Assembly: GCA_038231275.1 (NCBI GenBank)
Contig: JBBRLQ010000002.1
Location: 576,001 to 640,000, forward strand
Origin: Polyangiales bacterium
GTDB lineage: Bacteria > Myxococcota_A > Polyangia > Polyangiales > Polyangiaceae
Reading direction: 5' to 3'
Length of the DNA stretch: 64,000 nucleotides
This document shows positions 58,395 through 64,000 of this stretch, piece after piece; the first letter of the stretch is position 1; every line of letters begins with the position of its first letter. The position numbers and the translations under genes were made by a program. The notes beneath the pieces are model-generated. The model did not search any database. It was given only the letters and a program-made list of their open reading frames with translations, and was not told where the DNA came from.

Positions 58395-59414
58395 TCACCA
58401 GTGCGGCGCCGCGCCCGCTTCGGCCATCGCATCGATCTCCGTCTGACCGCCGTGCACGAACACCGCCTGCCCCGTCGGGCCGTACTTCCCGGCGATCTTG
58501 GCGCTCGCGTCGAGCGCGGCGCGGAGCTCCTTCGACACGACCCAAGGTTTCGACGGCGGGAGTGGCCCCCACTTGTCGCCCATCGTGTACTCCTGCGGAA
58601 TCTCGTCGCCGTTCCAGTCGTACTCGAGGACGACCCAACGCGACGAAGCGCGCGGATCGGGCGCGGCCGGCTCGCCTCGCTCGTTGGTCACCGCGATCGT
58701 CGTGGGCATCGCGCCGGTGCGCATCGCGCTCACCAGGACCCCGTCCTTCCGCTGCGCGCCGTCCAGCGGCTTCCATTGAAGCGTGGGCGCGGTCCCCTCC
58801 TGCGCGAGCACGTTCTCGGCGCGCACCAGGACGCGCAGCGCCTTGGCGTCCTTCGTGAATCGCGTCACGGCGTAGCGCGGGAGCTTCGGCCACACGGACC
58901 CGTCGTCGGCGAGCGTGAGGGGCGTCTCGCACCGGACCTCGTCCCCGATCGTCTGGCTCCGCGTGACGAGCTTCATCTTGGACGTCCCCTTTGGCACCGC
59001 GCCGATCGCCACCACGTCGAGCGGTCCCGTGTACGCGGTCGTCCGGCCATGGAAGCGGTCGAGCGGCGCCCCCTTGGCGTCTGCCCGCACGAGCTGCATC
59101 TCCGTGTCGAAGCGCTCGCCCTTCTCGTCGGCGAAGCCCACCACGATCCCCTCGCGCGCGCGCGTCGTGACGTACACCGCGGCGACGTCGGCCACCGCGC
59201 TCGGGACGAGGGTCGACTCGCCGCGAAATCGCCACGCGCGATGCAGCGTGACCTGATCGCACGCGAAGCCCCCGTCCGTCGCGGCGAGAGGGACCGTCGC
59301 AGGCGCGGCGTCCACCGGCAGCCCGTAGCTCTCGGCGATCGACGTGTCGCGTTTCTTGTCGCACGCGCTCGACATCAGCGAAAGGAGGCCCAGAGCGACC
59401 GCAGTCTGACGCAT
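58395..59414 (-). CDS. Hypothetical lipoprotein
   Basis: Signal with SSAC lipobox-like motif and coding-like composition. Confidence 0.65.
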   Translation of the reverse strand: MRQTAVALGLLSLMSSACDKKRDTSIAESYGLPVDAAPATVPLAATDGGFACDQVTLHRAWRFRGESTLVPSAVADVAAVYVTTRAREGIVVGFADEKGERFDTEMQLVRADAKGAPLDRFHGRTTAYTGPLDVVAIGAVPKGTSKMKLVTRSQTIGDEVRCETPLTLADDGSVWPKLPRYAVTRFTKDAKALRVLVRAENVLAQEGTAPTLQWKPLDGAQRKDGVLVSAMRTGAMPTTIAVTNERGEPAAPDPRASSRWVVLEYDWNGDEIPQEYTMGDKWGPLPPSKPWVVSKELRAALDASAKIAGKYGPTGQAVFVHGGQTEIDAMAEAGAAPHW

Positions 59415-59494
59415 CCTCGTATCCTAACGCCGGCAGCGCATCACGTTGAACCCGCCGTGGTGACACCACCGAAGGAAGGGCGCAGGTGCGCGCG

Positions 59495-59773
59495 TCAATC
59501 CTTGCCGTGACCTTTTCCGTGGCCACGCGGGGATGGACCGCCGGTCGGGGGAGCGGGCACGGGCGCGGGCGCGGGCGCGGGCGCGGGCGTCGCGACGGCA
59601 GGCGCGGATGGGCGTTGCGGCGCCGGTGCGGCCTTCGTCCGATCCGCGTAGCTCAGCCACGCCATCACTGCGGAGAAGATCCCGAAGGCGAGGGAGATGC
59701 TGATCCCGATCAGCCAGCGCCGATGATCGGCCGTATCTGGCTTAGGAGAAGGCGCATCGGCGTTGCTGTTCAT
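59495..59773 (-). CDS. Small single-TM protein with (PA)n tail
   Basis: WLIGISISLAFGIFSAVMAWL and PAPAPAP. Confidence 0.6.
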   Translation of the reverse strand: MNSNADAPSPKPDTADHRRWLIGISISLAFGIFSAVMAWLSYADRTKAAPAPQRPSAPAVATPAPAPAPAPVPAPPTGGPSPRGHGKGHGKD

Positions 59774-59946
59774 CGGAAGACGCCAGGTGTTTCCGAATCA
59801 GACCACGACATCGCTGCGGGCGATCGTTCGGTGTTCCTTTGCTCGCGTTTGCTCGACGAATTCGCCTTCGTGCAGATCACCGCGTCGAGAGTATCCGAAC
59901 GCCGGCCAGCGCGCGACCGGATCCAAGGTTCAATCCGGCACGCTGC

Positions 59947-60025
59947 TCCAGCCGAAAGCAGAGGAGCTCGAGGGAGATTTCGTGCGGCACCTGACCCGTG
60001 CAGCGTTTCGGCAGTGCGAGGTGAG
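59947..60025. repeat. Chimeric relic: 47 bp of the 50029-51057 gene joined to the 3' end of the GNAT gene
   Basis: 59947-59993 is identical to 50738-50784. 59995-60025 matches 58355-58385 (3 mismatches). Confidence 0.85.
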
Positions 60026-60067
60026 TCCGTGCGAGGGCGCGCCGGCCCCGCGGCGTTCCGCCGACGG

Positions 60068-60442
60068 CTAATCGTGGTGGCTGAGCGACAGCAGGTGACC
60101 CTCGGGGTCCTTGAACCACACCACCCGTGTGCCTGAAGGGGCCTTCCAGATTCCCAGATCGTCCTGAACCATGCCCGGGAAGCGCTCGAACGTCACGCCG
60201 CGATCCATCAGCGAGCGGACCGTGGTCTCCATGTTCTCGACGTCCCAACCGAGCGCGGTGAACGGATGCGGCGTGACTTCCTTCACGACCTGGATTCGAA
60301 TCTTCGTGCCGTTCGCGCCGTAAACCAGTGCCACCGGGTCTGAGTGGATGAGAGGAAGGCCGAGCGTGGTGCCGTAGAAGGCCTTCGCCCTTTCGACGTC
60401 TCGCGTGGAGATGAAGGCTACGAGTCTCTGGTTCGAAAGCAT
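60068..60442 (-). CDS. VOC/glyoxalase family protein
   Basis: DVERAKAFYGTTLGL, FTALGW, WFKDPEG. Confidence 0.92.
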   Translation of the reverse strand: MLSNQRLVAFISTRDVERAKAFYGTTLGLPLIHSDPVALVYGANGTKIRIQVVKEVTPHPFTALGWDVENMETTVRSLMDRGVTFERFPGMVQDDLGIWKAPSGTRVVWFKDPEGHLLSLSHHD

Positions 60443-60613
60443 CGCCGCGAGGTTACGTCACGAATGCTCACGCAGGCAACGGAACCCCGTAGAGCTCCGG
60501 CGCGATCCGAAGCCCGCAACAGAAGTAGGCGACGGTTCTGTAGAAGCCGGCCAGGGCGATCAGGGCGTCACCCATCCGCGGCCGCATGGACCCTTTCGTG
60601 CATCCCGTGGCGC

Positions 60614-60787
60614 ATGTCGTTCGGAATCTACGTCGGCGGACTCCTGCTCGTCATCGGCGGTCTCGTGTACGGAGCTGCAATTCTCCACGCGCCGACCCAT
60701 TGGATCGTCGTCGGTGCACTCGTCCTTCTCGGATTCGGAGTCCTGGCGGCCGTCAAAGCGACACGCCAAAAAGACTCACCGAGCTGA
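60614..60787 (+). CDS. Small two-TM membrane protein
   Basis: MSFGIYVGG...GLVYGA..LH.P..WI...TRQKD. Confidence 0.75.
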   Translation: MSFGIYVGGLLLVIGGLVYGAAILHAPTHWIVVGALVLLGFGVLAAVKATRQKDSPS

Positions 60788-60873
60788 ACGCGTGGCGGTC
60801 CTGCTCTGCGTCCGTCGCGCGGACGATGTCGGTGGCGTCGGACCCGTGGACACACACGGTCTCTCCGGTGACC

Positions 60874-61710
60874 ATGACCACCATGTTGGCACCACGCCCC
60901 ATCCTCGCTCCGGAAGACGTTTGGCGAGCGTATGACCCGATGGAGGCGCGCCTGACCGCGCCCCTCACGGAGCGGATGCTCGATCTCGCGCGGGTCGGCC
61001 TCGGAATGCGGGTCCTCGACTTGGCGAGCGGCCGCGGTGAGCCCGCGATTTCCGCCGCACATCGGGTGGGACCGCGCGGAAGCGTCTTCGGCGTCGACGT
61101 CTCGTCGAGCATGCTCGCGATGGCCGCCGAGCGCGCGACGCGTGAGGGGCTTTCCAACCTCGAGCTCCACGCGACGGACGCCGCTTCTGCCACCGACCTC
61201 CCGCCCGCCCACTTCCACGCAGCCCTCGCGCGCTGGGGGCTCATGTACATGGACGCGCCGGTCGCGGCCCTCACCCACGCGTGTCGCGCGCTATTGCCTC
61301 GAGGCCTGTTGGTCGCGGCGGTGTGGGTCGAGCCGGCGCGGGTGCACTACTTTTCATGGCCTCGGCGGCTGCTCGAAACGTATCGATCGCTCCCGCCGAT
61401 CGACTTCGACGCGCCCGGAACGTTCTATTACGCAGATCGCGACCGGCTGCACCGCGACCTCCGCGCCGCGGGATTCCATGTGGAGCACACCGAGGAGTTG
61501 GAGGTCCCCGTCGTCGAAGTGGACACCCCCGCCGAGCTCCTCGCCTGGACGCGCGCGTTCGGGCTCACGCGCCTTTTGAACGATCTCTCCGATCGAGACC
61601 AGCGCGCGTGGGAGGAGGATCTGACCGCGGCAGCGGAATCGCTACGGAGCGAGCATGGAATCCGCCTCGGCGGCGTCACGCGGATCGTCGTCGCCAGCGG
61701 CCGAGCTTGA
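60874..61710 (+). CDS. Class I SAM-dependent methyltransferase
   Basis: RVLDLASGRGEP, GVDVSSSML, RWGLMY. Confidence 0.9.
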   Translation: MTTMLAPRPILAPEDVWRAYDPMEARLTAPLTERMLDLARVGLGMRVLDLASGRGEPAISAAHRVGPRGSVFGVDVSSSMLAMAAERATREGLSNLELHATDAASATDLPPAHFHAALARWGLMYMDAPVAALTHACRALLPRGLLVAAVWVEPARVHYFSWPRRLLETYRSLPPIDFDAPGTFYYADRDRLHRDLRAAGFHVEHTEELEVPVVEVDTPAELLAWTRAFGLTRLLNDLSDRDQRAWEEDLTAAAESLRSEHGIRLGGVTRIVVASGRA

Positions 61711-61743
61711 CCGCCGCGGGCAGAGCGACCGGCGGCCTTTTTT
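61711..61743 (+). terminator. Possible intrinsic terminator
   Basis: CCGCCG...CGGCGG stem followed by a T6 run just after the methyltransferase stop. Confidence 0.4.
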
Positions 61744-61916
61744 GCCCTACGAGCGCGGAACGGCGTTACGTTCATCACGCTTTCCTTCGCCGACACTCAA
61801 ACGGTCACGGGAAGTCGACGGCGCGCAACCTGCCCACCGCGTGGGGAGCGACGCGGCGCCGCGACCCCGCGACGGATGGAGCCCTAGCGCCGTCGCCCAC
61901 CGACCGAGGAGACACC

Positions 61917-62183
61917 TTGACACTAGAAACCATGCTGTTGTGGGCCGTCGTTGGACTCTTCGCCGGGTGGTTGGCCTCGGTGGTCGTTGGAGGCAGCCTC
62001 GGCGTGCTTGGCGACATCATCGTCGGTATCGTCGGCTCGTTCCTCGGTGGGCTCATCTTTCACGCGCTGCACATCAACGCCCCCTTCACGGGGCTGGCAC
62101 AGACCATCTTCGTGGCGTTCTGCGGGGCGGTCGTGCTGCTGCTCATCTTCAGGCTGCTTCGTCGCCATAAGAGCTGGCGCTGA
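61917..62183 (+). CDS. GlsB/YeaQ/YmgE family membrane protein
   Basis: GAGGAG RBS, TTG start, GLFAGWLAS...DIIVGIVGSFLGG...GAVVLL. Confidence 0.92.
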   Translation: MTLETMLLWAVVGLFAGWLASVVVGGSLGVLGDIIVGIVGSFLGGLIFHALHINAPFTGLAQTIFVAFCGAVVLLLIFRLLRRHKSWR

Positions 62184-62301
62184 CTTTTTTCGCGGGGGCC
62201 TGATGCCGCGACTGCTGGCTGGATCGACTCCCTCGTAATCGCCCCGATTGCGGGAGAGCAAAGGCCCGCGCGCGGCTCGGATGGTGCTAGACCGCGAGAG
62301 C

Positions 62302-63519
62302 ATGCCCGTGCACCGTCGTCGCGCTCTGACCCCCCTCACCACCGCGCTCGTACTCGCGCTCTTCGCGTGCGGGGGCGAGCCGCCTACCTCGGCGCCGCAA
62401 CTCCGCGAAGCCTCGCTGAATCTCGCGGGGGAGCGTGGCAATGCGGACGACGACGAGGACGCGCCGGGGCCGGTTTACCAATATCCGGGCCAGTTCCCGT
62501 CGCTGCAAGACGCGGTCGACGCGGCGCCGCGTGGTGCGACGATCCAGATCGCGGCGGGCAGGTACTACGAGCAGGTCCACGTGTTCGGCAAGCGCCTGAC
62601 GCTCGCGGGGGCGGGGCGTGGCCAGACGACGTTCGACGGGAGCAACCTCTCGGGAGCCCTCGTCGTCATCGGCGGGTCGGCGAACCTCACCTTGCGCGAT
62701 CTCTCGCTCTCCAGCGCCGCGGACGCGCTCGTCGGCGGTGGCCCCAACGGTGGCACGCCCCCGAGCCTGCGCGCCACGCGCGTCGGCGTCGACCATGCGG
62801 TGCGCGGCATCGGCGGAACGTTCTCGCGCCTCGTGCTGAACGACGTCGTCCTCCGTGGCATCGCGTTCGCGCCCCTCGACGTCATCGATACCCCCATCAG
62901 CGTGTTCCGACACCTGACCGCCGACGCGACCGGCTCGACCGGCTCGATCATCTACAACACGCACAAGCCGGCGCCGGTCTGCGCGATCCGGATCACCGAC
63001 TCCGAGTTCATCGGTGGGGAGCTCGGAGGCCTCATGGTCGTCGGCGGGGCGTGCCCCGTGTTCATGCAAGACGTACGCGTGCACGACGCCGCGATCGCCG
63101 GCATCGGCCTGTTCAACGTGAGCGGGGGCCGCCTGCTACGCACCACCGTCGAGCGAACGCGCGCCGACGCCACGGGCAGGTGGGGCGACGGCATCATCGT
63201 CTGGGGCACGGTCATGGACATTTTCGACCCGACGCTGAGCGATAACGCGCGCGAAGGGCTCACCGAGTTCGGCTGCGACGTCGCCGGCGCGATCTCCAGC
63301 GTGCGGCTCAGCGGCGGCTCGTTTTCGTGCAACAGGGGCGGCGACATCGACGTCGAGCAGGCTGACCTCGACAAGGGCGGGGCGCCCTGCGGCCCCGGCT
63401 CCGCGACGCTCAACGACGAAGGCCTGAACACGTGCCTCGCGTGCGGCTCCACGACTCCCACCCACTGCGTCGCTCAGTCCTCGCGCATCGACCCTCCCGC
63501 AACTCCGCCGGAACGTTGA
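62302..63519 (+). CDS. Lipoprotein with right-handed parallel beta-helix (pectin lyase-like fold)
   Basis: Lipobox LFAC, FPSLQDAVDAA..GATIQIAAGRYYE, LTLAGAG..T, GDGI. Confidence 0.8.
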   Translation: MPVHRRRALTPLTTALVLALFACGGEPPTSAPQLREASLNLAGERGNADDDEDAPGPVYQYPGQFPSLQDAVDAAPRGATIQIAAGRYYEQVHVFGKRLTLAGAGRGQTTFDGSNLSGALVVIGGSANLTLRDLSLSSAADALVGGGPNGGTPPSLRATRVGVDHAVRGIGGTFSRLVLNDVVLRGIAFAPLDVIDTPISVFRHLTADATGSTGSIIYNTHKPAPVCAIRITDSEFIGGELGGLMVVGGACPVFMQDVRVHDAAIAGIGLFNVSGGRLLRTTVERTRADATGRWGDGIIVWGTVMDIFDPTLSDNAREGLTEFGCDVAGAISSVRLSGGSFSCNRGGDIDVEQADLDKGGAPCGPGSATLNDEGLNTCLACGSTTPTHCVAQSSRIDPPATPPER

Positions 63520-63706
63520 AGCCCCGCCGGTCGTCCGATGTTCGCGCGTGGACTCCCACGCCAAGCCCGGAGCCGTATCGAGCTCGTCACGGTGACAAAG
63601 GGCCGATCCGTTCCGGAACCGAGCCTTCTTCGTGTGTGCTGGATCGACGTGTCGTCATCCAGCGAGAGTTGCGCGGGGGTGCTACGCGCGCTGGAACACG
63701 ATGCGC

Positions 63707-64000
63707 TCAGAGCAACTGCGCAATCTCGGCTGCGGCGCGGGCGGCGCCGCGCACCTCCACTGCCGCGTTGACTACAGGCCTCGCGATCTCCGCGACGATC
63801 GCGGCGGCGATCTCAGAGGGCCCCGAGAGCTGGAAATCCATGCAGCGGCCAGCGCCCAGTTGCTCGAGCCGGTGACGCACGTGGAAGTTCTGCTCGAAGT
63901 GGTGGCGAAGTGGGAAATAGAGGAACGGACGCCGATTTGCAGTTAGCTCCATCGTCGTCGTCAGGCCTCCCTGCACAACGGCGAGATCGCACGCCGCGAG
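63707..64000 (-). CDS. C-terminus of a GT-B glycosyltransferase-like domain (partial)
   Basis: LAACDLAVVQGGLTTTMEL...PFLYFPLRHHFEQ. Confidence 0.75.
   Translation of the reverse strand, partial: LAACDLAVVQGGLTTTMELTANRRPFLYFPLRHHFEQNFHVRHRLEQLGAGRCMDFQLSGPSEIAAAIVAEIARPVVNAAVEVRGAARAAAEIAQLL

Noticed and set aside
41777-62183. Integron cassette array or mobile element
   Set aside because: Mixed gene orientation, and no attC-like repeats, integrase or transposase recognised.

Overview
High-GC (roughly 68-70% by eye) bacterial window, probably Myxococcota/Polyangiales. This is an inference from the Ser/Gly/DAG-linker lipoproteins, Cys-rich secreted proteins, a Hanks-type kinase and a FAAL-PKS. 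Four zones: (1) 0.6-10 kb, a compact lipid/polyketide cluster: FAAL, free ACP, a single-module PKS (KS, collapsed AT remnant, KR, ACP, terminal reductase), a divergent acyl-CoA dehydrogenase and a convergent flavin monooxygenase. (2) 10-24 kb, small stress/ligand-sensing genes (ArsR-SRPBCC, DUF1801, YdeI, DoxX, YciI) and lipoproteins. (3) 24.3-38.7 kb, the standout: a predicted beta-barrel, four multiheme c-cytochromes (10, 23, 14 and 27 heme motifs by hand count, about 74 in total), a four-His membrane protein and a membrane-anchored ferredoxin/FAD-NAD(P) oxidoreductase. Together these look like a possible cytoplasm-to-exterior electron conduit. (4) 38.8-64 kb, a variable accessory region of small genes whose intergenic DNA holds diverged fragments of neighbouring genes. 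Two genes are frameshifted. No rRNA, tRNA, CRISPR, integrase or transposase was recognised. All calls come from reading motifs; no database search was run.
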